A DNA stretch of 64,000 nucleotides, taken from assembly GCA_951406725.2 (NCBI GenBank), contig OX597823.1:61814001-61878000 (forward strand), in the 5' to 3' direction. The translations under genes were made by a program, and so were the position numbers. The notes beneath the pieces are model-generated. The model saw only the letters and a list, made by a program, of their open reading frames with translations, made no database searches and was not told the origin of the DNA. Shown here one piece after another: positions 37,705 to 49,632 of the stretch (positions are counted from its first letter, which is position 1; each line of letters starts with the position of its first letter). This DNA is from Octopus vulgaris (lineage: Eukaryota).

Positions 37705-38320
37705 AGGGGAAGAATTCACAAAAAAACAAAAGACGAAAACAGGTGGTGTAGACAACAAACAGATGTATTAGTATAACGCTCGGGAAGTGAAAAAGTTTTT
37801 AACATTTCAAGCCTACACTCTTCCACAGAAAGGAACACAGAAAGAATCAAGGAGAGATAATAAAGTAGTGGTGATCCCAAAACAAAGGTGTGTGTGCATA
37901 TGTATAAGAGAGTTTGTATGTACGTGTGGAAGAGGGCTGGTGATCTTGACGTGTGCGTGTGTGTAATGTGTGAAAATGTGAGACTGAGAAGTGGTCAGTG
38001 CTGGTGTGTTGTATGGTATGGTGGTGTATGGTGTAGTGGTGTGTGGTGTGGTGTGATGATGTTGGAAGGTGGGGAAGGTGAGAGTAGGGAAAGCAAGGGT
38101 CGAGTATGTGGGTAAGCAGAGGGTGGGGCTAGAGGTGAGGGTATGTGAGAGTTGGTGTGAGGGGGAGAGAGGAGAGGGAAAGAGGTTAGATGAAGAGGGG
38201 AGGAGAATGGAGCCCATGTGGCACAAAGGAGTGAAGAGAGAAGATTAATCACTGTTCACGGCGCAAACAGGAGTCTGCATGGCCCCTGTGCAAGGACAAT
38301 CCAAACACAGGCAGGTGTTA
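37705..38320 (-). mobile_element. 3' end of the same Penelope-like family as 33400, with a degenerate hammerhead-like motif at ~37800-37830
   Basis: 38180-38320 matches 33885-34022 (GAGGTTAGATGAAGAGGGGAGGAG...CCAAACACAG(A/G)CAGGTGTT). Minus-strand motif CTGTGGA-AGAGTGTAGGCTT-GAAATGTTAA. Confidence 0.75.
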
Positions 38321-38334
38321 CATATATATATATA

Positions 38335-38820
38335 TCATCATCATCATCGTTATCATCATCATCATCATTAACATCCACTTTGCATGCTGGCATAGGTTGT
38401 ACTGTTTGACATGAAGCTAGCTAGTGGGAAGCAGTCCAAACTCCAACTGTCTGTTGTGGTATGGTTTCTACAGCTGGATACTCATCCTATTGACAACCAC
38501 TAAACATAGTGTGCTGGGTGCTCTTTACATGCCACCAACATGGGTGCTTTTTAAGTGGCACCAGCACCTGAAAGGACAATCCTGTATGTGTGGAAGACAG
38601 TGTTTTTACTTTGCTTGATGTTGTGTCTTATCAAGTACAGCAAATTGCCACAACACTTGGTCCCTTGTCATTTTCTTAGTGAGGCCCAGAGCCCAAAGAT
38701 CCTTTCTCACTACTTCATTCCATGTCTTCTTGGGTCTACTCCTTCCACAAGTAACCTACACAGAGCTTGGCACTTCTTTATGCTGCTGTTTTCATCCATA
38801 CACATCACATAGCAGTCTTT
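38335..38820 (-). mobile_element. RTE LINE 3' end continuous with a family D tail
   Basis: Minus strand VMCMDENSSIKKC and RPKKTWNEVVRKDL motifs, followed by a degenerate V-domain and (GAT)n. Confidence 0.7.
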
Positions 38821-38834
38821 CTTGCGCATAACAT

Positions 38835-39230
38835 CTGTCCAGTGTGTAAACTGATTGATAAGATCTGAAGGACGTTGAGATATCACTGAGAACTTCCTGA
38901 ATCCGTGTCTCCAAATCCTCCAGTATGCAAGATTTTGTCTTGTACACCTCCTCTTTTTACCCAGAGGTAAAAATGACATTGAGTGAGATCTGGACATCTG
39001 GACTTCTGCAGTTACTGTCTTCAGGCTTTAGCTCCTGTGCATAATGGGGTTTCCACAGATGAAAATTCAATTCTTTATGCAGCACCATACATATTGTTAG
39101 TCCACTTTTACAAGCTTGATGCGTTGATTTTTGCGGCCTTACAAATTTAACATTTCCTGCACTGTGGCCACATTCTCTACTGATTGGGATGTGGCTGGAC
39201 AGCCACTTTTTCTTGCATCATGGGTTTTCC
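38835..39230 (-). pseudogene. Internally deleted Tc1/mariner-superfamily transposase remnant
   Basis: Minus strand: DARKSGCPATSQSVENVATVQE...VLHKELNFHLWKPHYAQELKPED joined to CPDLTQCHFYLW...LEDLETRIQEVLSDI (compare RSGRP, HPYK....QEL, SPDLTPCDFFLWG). Confidence 0.65.
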
Positions 39231-39392
39231 GTATGCATGGGACTCAAACTCACACTCTATATATTCACAGTAAGTGTGCTACCATTATACCAACCTACCC
39301 ATTCACTTCTTCCCATTAGATTTAAGAACTATAATTCCATAGTGTTGTTTTTTAAACAAACAAGCATGTGCATTTTGATACATGTGTGTGTT

Positions 39393-39445
<53 letters not shown>

Positions 39446-39711
39446 ATTTTAATCAAAGTACAGAGTATTATGGATCCATTTCAACTAACTTACCAATCAG
39501 TTTCGTGCCAGGTATTAAAATACCGGGTGGTTAACTAAAACTAGGTGCTATTCAGTGGGGGTTTTTTTTTCCATGCCTACCACTGTGAGATATATGGTTT
39601 TAGATAACTGCTCTGTTATCTAATATCTTGTTATCTAATGTCCAGTGTGTAAAGTGATTGATAAGATTGACAGAAATGGATCTATAAAACTGTATACTTT
39701 GAGTAACATAC

Positions 39712-39770
39712 CCACTCTATTGACAAATATATGAGACATATTGTTTACATCATAAGAAACTTCAAGGTAC
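39712..39770 (-). CDS. Tentative 59-nt internal exon of an unknown host gene
   Basis: Acceptor ttatttcag and donor TGG|GTATGT. One open frame, YLEVSYDVNNMSHIFVNRV. No homology recognised. Confidence 0.2.
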
Positions 39771-40986
39771 CTGAAATAATTCATTTTTAACAGTTGAATT
39801 CAAAGATTAAGCTATAAATAATAGCATGTAAATATTGGGCTAAAAGATCTTTTGGATAGAAAAGTTTAAAACTTGTGTGTGTTTGTGCATGCATGTATGG
39901 AGTATAGTCATATGTATTTCTGTATATACGACATTCATTAGTTCTTCCTTCATTTCTCGATGCTAGCATGAGTTACATGGAAGCCTTTTGAAGTTACATT
40001 TTATGGCTGGGTACCCTACCTGTCACCAACCTTTACTAGCTTCTCAAGTAAAGGATTTTTATTTCACTGGTTTTTGGAAGAGTGATGGAACATATTGTCA
40101 ACAGGGTTTATACTAATGCATCTATAGATTAGGGTTGTTCTTATCTTTTTTTCTCTCCTAGAGATATGACTAGGAAATTTGCTTTTATCAGTTTCTGTTT
40201 GCCTTACTGAACTCACTGCCAAGAGTAAGTCCTGCCTACAATAGATGTATAACATTTGCATATCAGCCCATTTCTATTAGGTTGCTAATGGATTTATATT
40301 CTTCTTGTCCTTACTGCAAATCATACTGGGGCTACTGTCATTACTATTGCGGTTGATGTTGTTCATATTACTGTTGCCGTTGTTATCATAACAGTTATTG
40401 TTATTATCATTGTAGTTGATATTTTCTGAAGAATTTATGAGTTGATTTGAAGCAAGTGACACCAATATTTTTTCTTCCTTTCTGATGTCATCTGTGGTTG
40501 CCATAGATACAACACTGCTGTTTCTAATAAAGCCAACACTTGACACATTCATCTGTCTGCCTCTCTCTCTATATATATATATCAATTGAACACTCTTTCA
40601 CTTTTTGAATGCTACTTTCATTTTCAATGAATATTATTATTTCTTCACACTGATCCATGTTTCTAAGTTTGTTAGTGGTTTCTTTTTGGGTATTTTTTTT
40701 TGTGTATTTCTTTTTTGTCACACCAGAAAACTGGCAATTGTACAAATACAAACTTATCAGAGTGATACCCATAACTAAAAGAATTCAGCAAAATGGGAAA
40801 ATTCACCAAAATGAAGTAGGTTCATTCCTATGTATAAAGTGACAATGTATGTTAACAAAAGAGCACCCCAATCTGGGTGAAAACCATGAAAAATTTGGAA
40901 ATTCTGCAGGCCCAAGATCAAGCATAATTTTTCCATCAATGTCAGTGAAAATGTAAACAACAACAATAATAATTCTTTCTACTATA

Positions 40987-41245
40987 GGAGGCATGTGGCT
41001 TAGTGGTTAGGGTGTCAGCAGCATGATCGTAAGATTGTGGTTTCAATTCCTGTACTGGGTGACGCATTGTGCTCTTGAGCAAAACACTTCATTTCACATT
41101 GCTCCAATCCACTCAGCTGGCAAAAATGAGTAACGCTGCAATGGACTGGCGTCCCGTCCAACTGCGGAACACATACGCTATTGAAACCAGGAAACCGGGC
41201 CCATGAGCCTGGCTAGGTTTTAAAAGGGCGCATTTATTTACTTTA
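40987..41245 (+). mobile_element. SINE family C copy
   Basis: GGAGGCATGTGGCTTAGTGGTTAGG head, B box GGTTTCAATTCC and a CORE-like segment. Closely similar to 62061-62320. Confidence 0.85.
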
Positions 41246-41683
41246 TTGGTTCAAGGCCTATAATTTCCTGGGTGAGGTTGTCAATTATAATGATCCTAGT
41301 ACTGAACTGGTACTTATTTTATCAACCTTGAATGGATGAAAGGCAAGGTTGACCTAGGTGGAATTTGAACTCAGAACATAAAGACAAATAAAATGCCACT
41401 AAGCAGTTTTCCCAGCATGCTAATGATTCTGCCAACTTGCCACTTTAATAATTGTAACAACAACAATAATCCTTTTTACTAAAGGCACAAGGCCTGAAAT
41501 TTGTGGGGAGGGTACTTGTTGATTACATCAACCCCAGTGTTTCACTGGTACTTAATTTATTGACCCCCAAAAGGTTGAAAGGCAAAGTCAACCTCAGCAG
41601 AATTTGAACTCAGAACATGAAGACAGGTGAAAGACTGCTAAGCATTTCATCCCACGTGCTAATGATTTCGCCTGCTTGCTGCC
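41245..41683 (-). mobile_element. Two adjacent SINE family B copies
   Basis: The family B core occurs twice (41245-41445 and 41470-41683). Confidence 0.82.
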
Positions 41684-41792
41684 ATAATAATAATAATGAT
41701 GATGATGATGATGATGATAGTAGCAACAACAAATACAAAAATAATTGCAATGACATCATCTACTGCAACAACAAACAATATATATATATATA

Positions 41793-42023
41793 GCCAACCA
41801 CTCCGTGAGTGTAGTGGGTGCTTTTTACGTGTGCAGGTGGCATGTAAAAAGCACCCACTACACTCACGGAGTGGTTGGCGTTAGGAAGGGCATCCAGCCG
41901 TAGAAACACTGCCAGATCTGACTGGGCCTGACGAAGCCTTCCAGCTTCACAGACCCCAGTTGAACCATCCAACCCATGCTAGCATGGAAAGCGGACGCTA
42001 AATGATGATGATGATGATGATGA
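41793..42023 (+). mobile_element. Family D copy with a perfect 36-bp 5' inverted duplication
   Basis: 41793-41828 is the exact reverse complement of 41844-41879. The copy ends in (GAT)n. Confidence 0.88.
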
Positions 42024-42456
42024 TAGCATACAAACACAATCCTACACTTCCAAAATAAAATGGATAAATGCAGCATATAATTCAGTAGCACAGAAGTTCA
42101 TTTGAAAGTGCAGCGAAAATTCACACATAACTCTTGGGTGTAAATACATAATAATCTAAAAAGCAATCTGTTTGTGAGAGGGCATTGTATGGTTTCTCAA
42201 ACATTTCTATATTAGAGAATTCATTTAGTAAATAGAATACTAATCTAGTAAATAGAACGCTAATCTAGAGGGAATTATCAGGAACTTTATAATAATACAA
42301 AAAAGAAAGGGAAACAAACAAAAGAACAAGCAAACATACACCATTATTTCACTCATAAAAACATCTTATTGGATTAAAACGGTAGCTTCAGACTTATGAC
42401 TGAAGATTTCTTTATTTGAAGTTGTTATAAGAAGTTAATTTTAAATGATGCCAACC

Positions 42457-42457
<1 letters not shown>

Positions 42458-42508
<51 letters not shown>

Positions 42509-42866
42509 GCTTCAAATTCTGTCACAAGGGCAGCAATTTCAGGGGAGGGGATGAGTCGATTACATTGACCCCCAATGTTCAACTGGTACTTATTTTATCG
42601 ACCCTGAAAAGATGAAAGGCAAAGTCGACCTTGGCGGAATTCGAACTCAGATTGTAAAGACAGACGAAATGCTGCTAAGAATTTTGCCCAGCATGCTAAG
42701 AATTCTGCCAGTTATGATGATGATGATGAGGAGGAGGAGGAGGAGGAGAAGGAGGAGGAGGAGGAGGAGGAGGAGGAGGAGCAGAAGAAGAAGAAGAAGA
42801 AAAAGAAGAAGAAGAAGAAGAAGAAGAAGAAGAAGAAGAAGAAGAAGAAGAAGAAGAAGAAGAAGA
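42458..42866 (-). mobile_element. SINE family B copy (42508-42712) between (TAA)n and (GAT)(GAG)(GAA)n tracts
   Basis: Family B core, with simple repeats directly visible. Confidence 0.82.
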
Positions 42867-43241
42867 AACTCTAGGCTATGCTATAATTCATAATTAGAAT
42901 TTTGACACAGTAGGAATAATTTCTTGTATATATGAAGAAATTGGTTTCTGCTTTTGTCTATTGAGGGAAAATATTGAAAATTTGAGTTTATTTTTTGCAG
43001 TTGTTCCAATTTTTGTTGTTGTTGCTGTTGTGATTACTGCTTTGGATGATAGGTAGCTGGATATTCTATAGAACTGATTATAATTGGTGAGTCATTCTGA
43101 ATGGCTGGACTGGTTGTCCTCAAGTGTTTAGTTGTATTGCATTTGTTTCTCTCGACAGGTGGTACTACTTTTCCATTCACTCATTTATTCATTTCTCTCT
43201 ATATGCAAGCTTACTTACATGCACACACACACACATATTCA

Positions 43242-43272
<31 letters not shown>

Positions 43273-43342
43273 TCACCTATACAAACATAAACACATATGT
43301 ATTTATATATATATAAATAAAAATGTGTCTGTGCACGTATGC

Positions 43343-43423
<81 letters not shown>

Positions 43424-43444
43424 TAGATATAGATATAGATATAT

Positions 43445-43636
43445 AGTTAACCCAAACATGAAAACACAAAGAGAAAACACAACAATGTGAGGACGTGGAA
43501 CAAGTATAGTGTTATTGGACATTCAAGAAAGGAAAGAAAGAAGGAATATTTAATGTTTCGAGTGGAGCTCCTCATCAGAAACATAGGAAAAGGAAGATTT
43601 AAGGAAGGGAAGACAGAGGAAAAAAAATCGCCAACA
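43445..43636 (-). mobile_element. Short Penelope-like pLTR fragment with a minimal hammerhead-like motif (43548-43580)
   Basis: Minus strand TTT-CTGATGA-G-GAG-CTCCA-CTC-GAAAC-ATTAA followed by a T-rich tail, the same layout as 6263. Confidence 0.55.
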
Positions 43637-43654
43637 TATATATATATATATAAT

Positions 43655-43880
43655 ATCATCGTCATCGTCATCCTCTTTTAACATCTCCTTTCCATGCTGG
43701 CATGGGTTGGACAGGATGATAGGAGCCGGTCTGGTAGAAGACTACACCAGGCTACTGTGTCTGTTTTGGCATGGCTCTTATAACTGGATGCCCTTCCTAA
43801 CACCAACCACCCTGCAGAGTGGACAGAGCACTTTTTACATGGCACCAGCACTGACAGGGTGACCAAGTAACTTATAAGAC
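43655..43880 (-). mobile_element. Family D (V-domain) copy
   Basis: CTGGATGCCCTTCCTAACACCAACCAC core. Confidence 0.78.
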
Positions 43881-43904
43881 AAAGAATATATATTTATATA
43901 TATG

Positions 43905-43940
<36 letters not shown>

Positions 43941-44186
43941 TAGATAGATAGATAGACAGATAGATAGATACATACATACATACATACATATACTAATTTG
44001 AGCCATGTACTCCCTATAAAAATAGGACAAGCTTCAAACACTTGTCAGAAGCAAGGCATTTGTAGTGTCACCCACGTTTTCTATCTCAACTTTTGAAAAT
44101 CAGTGTAAACTGTGAAACTGGTTAAAATACAAAAGTTTAACTAGTCTTAGTGTATTTCTATCTTCTAATTTATATATATATATATA

Positions 44187-46190
44187 CTAGCATTATGACC
44201 CGTCGTTGCCGGGTCATAGTACTAGTGCATGTATATATGTGTATATATATGTGTACATATTAGATGTACATCTATATATATACATCTACACATAAAATAC
44301 AAAATACAAAGTTATATCTTGATATTGCTAGTGATAACAATACTCAAAATATATAACAGACTGGAATTGTAGGCCCGTCTCTTGCAATTTCGATCAATTG
44401 TATCTTTTCCTCCCTCTTGTATGGAAGTGTGGCTACAATCCAGCCTACCTCTACTTCTGAGGGGACATTTTAAATTTTTATCCGGGATGTCCTACGTCCC
44501 AGATATAAAGGTGAAAATAAAATATTTACACTTTACAAGGTTCAAGTCGAGTACTCCCTTGCACGCTCTGTCAACTTGAACCTTGCTTCTATTATGGCAA
44601 ATTTACCGCGACTATCTTTCATAGTCACACCAAGACACTTTTCGATGGTGCTTTCCTCCAGGTGTTCAAATCTTTTTTTTTTTCTCTACATTGTATACTT
44701 TATAGACAATAGTCTTTTCTTTAATTTAATTTTTTATTTCGTTTGGTGGTGTTATCCTAGATTCACTGTCTTTGTCTGTAATCAATCCGAAATAGGTTTG
44801 TATTTCTTCCATTTTAATTTTAATGAGTTCGCGCCCGCCAACGGCTGCAGCAAAATTCATTTTTGGACTTTCTTCTATCGAAGGCATTCTAACAAAAATG
44901 CTTCTGTGTAAACGGTGAAAATATTGTCAATTTCCCCAAACAGGGATACAATTCAATTTTTAAACAATAACCAAAGCTCCTACTCCCAAAGGGAGAGGGT
45001 TACAGTTTACAATTATTTAACAAATGCAACACAACAACGTTTCCCTTACGAGGAACCAACAAACGCGATAACAATAGTTAAACAGTAATAATAATAACAA
45101 CAGTACGCAGTTGAAGATATAGTCCTTTATGTATAATAGTGCATCTGGACTATTCCATTTCTGCACGCTAATTTTATTTTCAATTTATTCCCATTCATGT
45201 GAAACCACTTATTCAAGTTCAAGTCATTGATGCAATTTTATACCAATTGCTATTTTTACTTTTGTAATGTTACGATTATATTATACTTTAGTTTGATTTT
45301 AATTATTACTTACTACATATAATTCAATTGTTATTATTATTTTTATTGTTAAAGTGAAAGTATCTGACATAAAATAGAGAAATATTTTTGTTTCACTTTT
45401 AACACGTAATACTGAAATAGTGGAGAAGATATGATATTGCAATGGTCTCGCTCTAGGCAAGAAGTTGAACATTTTTTTGCCCATGAAACTACATGGACCC
45501 TAAGTAAGGCATGTGTAAAATTTGAATGAAATTGGTTGGAAGGAAAATTTAATTATTACTTACTACATATAATTCAATTGTTATTATTATAATTTGAACT
45601 TGCTAAGTGATTTCACATGAATGGGAATAAATTAAAAATAAAATTAGCATGCAGAAATGGAATAGTCCAGATGGATAATAAAAAATTAAATTAAAGAAAA
45701 GACTATTGTCTATAAAGTATACAATGTAGAGAAAAAAGATTTGAACACATGGAGGAAAGCACCTTCAAAAAGTGTCTTGGTGCGACTATAAAAGATATCT
45801 AATCAGAGGCGGTAAATTCGCCACAATAGAAGCAAGGTTCGAGTCAACGGAGCATGCAAGGGAGTACTCGACTCGAACTTGCAAAGTGGAAATATTTTAT
45901 TTTTACCTTTATATCTTCTTTATACCTGGGACGTAGGACGTCCCGCAAAAAAATTTTAAATGCCTCCTCAGAAGTAGAGGTAGGCTGGATTGTAGCCACA
46001 CTTCTATACAAGAGGGAGGACAAGATACAATTGATCAAAATTACAAAAGACGGGCTAACAATTCCAGTCTGTTATATATTTTGAGTATTGTTATCACTAG
46101 CGATATCAAGATATAACTTTGTACTTTGTATTTTATGTGTAGATGTATATATATAGATGTACATGTAATATGTACACATATATATACACA
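44187..46190. mobile_element. Helitron-like element arranged as a ~2-kb inverted duplication
   Basis: A CTAG-flanked hairpin at 44186-44226. 44285-44740 is the reverse complement of 45675-46145, and 45145-45222 of 45593-45672. 45297-45340 is directly repeated at 45547-45590. Confidence 0.7.
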
Positions 46191-46214
46191 TATATACATA
46201 TACATATATACAAC

Positions 46215-46370
46215 AGGCTTCTTTCAGTTTCCGTCTACCAAATCCACTCACATGGCTTTGGTCGGGCCAAGGCTATAGTAGAAGACACTTGCCCAAGGTG
46301 TCATGCAGTGGAACTGAACCCAGAACCATGTGGCTGGTAAGCAAGTTACTTACCACACAGCCACTCCTAC
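46215..46370 (-). mobile_element. SINE family A 5' half (near-identical partial copy at 47540-47670)
   Basis: CATATATACAACAGGCTTCTTTCAGTTTCCG...GGAACTGAACCCAGAACCAT occurs at both positions. Confidence 0.8.
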
Positions 46371-46385
46371 ACCTATAGAGTGTGC

Positions 46386-46457
<72 letters not shown>

Positions 46458-46486
46458 TTATTTATTCATATTTATACATATATGTG

Positions 46487-46534
<48 letters not shown>

Positions 46535-47149
46535 CCTAAACTTCAAGAATTGCTATGGTACATGAAAAGCATGATATAGATCAGTATTGGAATAAATTGA
46601 AAAAAACAAATTGCTTCTGAGACAGCTAAAAATAGATTAGGAAGAAAAATGCCAAAATACGTTGACCGGTGGATATAGACAGAGACATTGGATGTTGCAG
46701 ATAAGTGATGAGAACAGAAAGTTAAGAAGAGATAACAAATAAGATGCTAAAAAGTAGCATAAAAACAGTGGACAGAGAAGAAATAAAGAAATATAGCTGA
46801 GAAGATAAAGAAAAGTGGCTTGAAGGCTAGGCATAAACCAGAGCAAGTGAGACTGCAATAATTGATTCAAGAAGTATATAGGGAGTATTCAAGCAGTTGT
46901 CATAATGTGGATGTAGCAGTAGAAGTGTATTTGTAAAGTGTGAAAATGATAAATGTCTAGAGCAGTGATGGCAAGCTGTGATCTGCAGAACTCTCTGAAT
47001 TGAATGCCTAATGAAAAATTACCTGAATTTTTTTTTTTAGTGGTGAAACCTCCCTGTTGATGAGCCATGTCTCATGTGGCCTACTTCTGGCATTGAATTA
47101 AGACCCGTACAGGCCCTAAGCATTTAAAAGATTTTGGTGCCCCAGTGTA

Positions 47150-47530
47150 TATGTGGTCTGATCAATAAGTATCTGGACTGTTGCTATAGTAACAAGGCTA
47201 AAGCACAAACAGTGAAGCTGCTTGTCACAGATTAACCTTGAACTCTGCTGTGCATGTGCACAAGGTTTTAACATTTTAGCTCACTTCTGTTGTTTACAGC
47301 AGTGCTTGGAAGGAAGGTGTGTAGTGTGTGATAGTCACATTGATCATGACGGGGTAAGTTGAGCAGAGAATCTGTATCAAATATTTGCCAAAAGCTTGGT
47401 GATACCTGCTTAGAAGCCTACACAAAGTTTTCAAAAACTTTTCATCATTCTCAATACAATCAAAGTCTTGTGCAACTGAAACCTGAGTGTCTTTTTGGTC
47501 AGCTGAAAGTAGTTTTGGCACAAACTTGTA
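47150..47530 (+). mobile_element. Mariner 5' fragment with an inverted internal piece
   Basis: TIR-like start GTGGTCTGATCAATAAGTATCTGGACT. The plus strand gives VEQRICIK...KLG (47358-47400). The minus strand 47440-47527 gives KFVPKLLSADQKDTQVSVAQD...NDEKFLK. Confidence 0.7.
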
Positions 47531-48106
47531 TGTAATTCATATACATATATACAACAGGCTTCTTTCAGTTTCCGCCTACCAAATCCACTCACATGGCTTT
47601 GGTTGGGCCGAGGCTATAGTAGAAGACACTTGCCCAAGGTGCCATGCAGTGGAACTGAACCCAGAACCATCATCATCATCATCATCATCACCACCATCAT
47701 CATCATTTAACATCCATTTCTATACTGGGATGAATGGCTTTGCAGGAACTGGAAAGGCCAGGGGCTGCACCAGGTTCTGTAGTCAGTTTTGGCTTGGTTT
47801 CTATGGCTGGATGCCTTTCCTAACACCATCTACTTTATAGAGTGTACTGGGTGCTTTTTATGAGGCACCATCACCAGTGCAAACCATAAAATAAATTCCT
47901 ATTTCTCAAAATGAAACAAAGCTAACAGTAAGAGGGAAAATAATGTTATTTTTGTATACTTCCACATTATTTATATTTGAAAAGTTTTCTCCTGCTTTTT
48001 TTAATTGCAAAGCCTTTCATCAGTTCTTCGCTATGACACCTTGGACATTTCAAAATTATATTTCCGATCATATAAACCACTTCAAATATCAATTTAGGAA
48101 GTTTAA

Positions 48107-48328
48107 CTCTTTCGTTACTGTATTTATTTTGAGATTCTCTGTCTTTCTTTCAATTAATTTTATATATAACAAAGAAGTTAGTAAAATAACTTAGTTATCA
48201 TTAAGCTAGTGTTAGGAACATAAATTGTGACTAAGGTTTGGTGGAAGATTTTAATTCAAAACTTATGAAAGCAAGACATTTGTACTACAGAGCCAGAAGT
48301 GGTTTTAGTCAGGATGATATCAAAAGGG
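48107..48328 (-). mobile_element. piggyBac-type MITE with TTAA TSD
   Basis: TTAA|CTCTTTCGTTAC...CAAAAGGG|TTAA, the reverse complement of 51336-51555. Confidence 0.85.
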
Positions 48329-49187
48329 TTAATGTGATTTCTTTAGTCATAAGCTATTTGCCATTTCTGTAGCACCCCACTTCCCTTAATGTCCTAAACA
48401 CATTTGTTGTACTTAATGGTTAATCCAGTACTGCCCACTTCGTAAAAAGATTGCCTATGTTTGTTCTAAATGCAGAATAGGCCAAAAACAGATGGATGGA
48501 ACATTTCAAAGAAGTTCTAAATTAACCTGGACCTGATGAGCTTTTCCATGTAGGTGTTTTTGTTTTTAAATAAATTAACTATAGATGCTGATGAAATCAC
48601 ATTGTAGAAAGATCCCCACTCACTGCAATAGCTTTGAAATTGTGAGAAAATATCAAAACTGCAAGGATAGATGGAATACCTGATAAGTTTGTTAAATCTA
48701 GTGGAGAAGTCATAGAGGCAGCATTTTTTAACCTGTGTACAATGATTTGGTGTGATGAGAAAATATCAAAAGATTGGGAAAACAGTGGTCATTGTGAAAT
48801 TGCCAAAGAAAGTTGAAATTAATGATGGTCAAACTGTTAAAGATTGCTTTTAATGGTATTCTCACCTATCTCAGAGAGCCTGCAAAGATCAAGGGATCAA
48901 AATATCCCACTCCACCACATTAGACTAATAAATAATAAAAATAAAAACTGACATAATTTTTAAAAACTAATTGCAGGTGCAGGAATGTTGATGTGTAAGT
49001 AAGAAGTTTACTTCCCAATAACATGGTATTGGGTTCAGTCCCACCTTGAGCAAATGCCTTCTATGACAGTCTCAGGTAGACCAAAATCTTGTGTGTAGAC
49101 AGAAACTGAAAGAAGCTTGTCATATAAATAAATGTATGTATGTATGTATGTATGTATGTATGTATGTATGTATGTATGTATGTATGT

Positions 49188-49632
49188 AGGTTGTTTATTG
49201 GACACCCTGCGGGATGAAAAACAAAACCCGTCAAAGGGTGGAGGAACTTTTGAGAGTCAACAGCCATCCAATAAATGTCTTAAGGATGTATCATGCGCGG
49301 GGACATAGAAATAATCGGACTGAATACCCGATCGTGCGGTTAAACCATTAGGAGTAAAGGACTCCTAGCCTTTGTTAGAGCATCCTTCTAGGAGAAGGTA
49401 ACTCAGGTAACTGGGATAACTCCGACATAAAACCTGCGGCTCAGTGGTCACCGATGATGTTGACTTGTTCTTCTTTTCGGATTAAAGCTGCTGTTGCTTA
49501 GTGAGTGGGATTGACTCAGTGCACAGCCTTTCCTCACTTTAAAAAAAATCTTCTTACACAGGCATTGCACGATAACAACATTGATTAAGCTTCGTGCAAT
49601 GGCCATACTCGATAATGAGGGGGCAGCCACCA
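49188..49632 (+). mobile_element. CpG-rich insertion in (TATG)n with an RTE-like 5' UTR motif
   Basis: Contains TTCTAGGAGAAGGTAACTC...AAACC, similar to a motif common in RTE 5' UTRs. Flanked on both sides by (TATG)n. No ORF. Confidence 0.45.

Noticed and set aside
42612-42893. Protamine-like poly-Arg ORF
   Set aside because: It is SINE B sequence running into (GAG)n/(GAA)n repeats.
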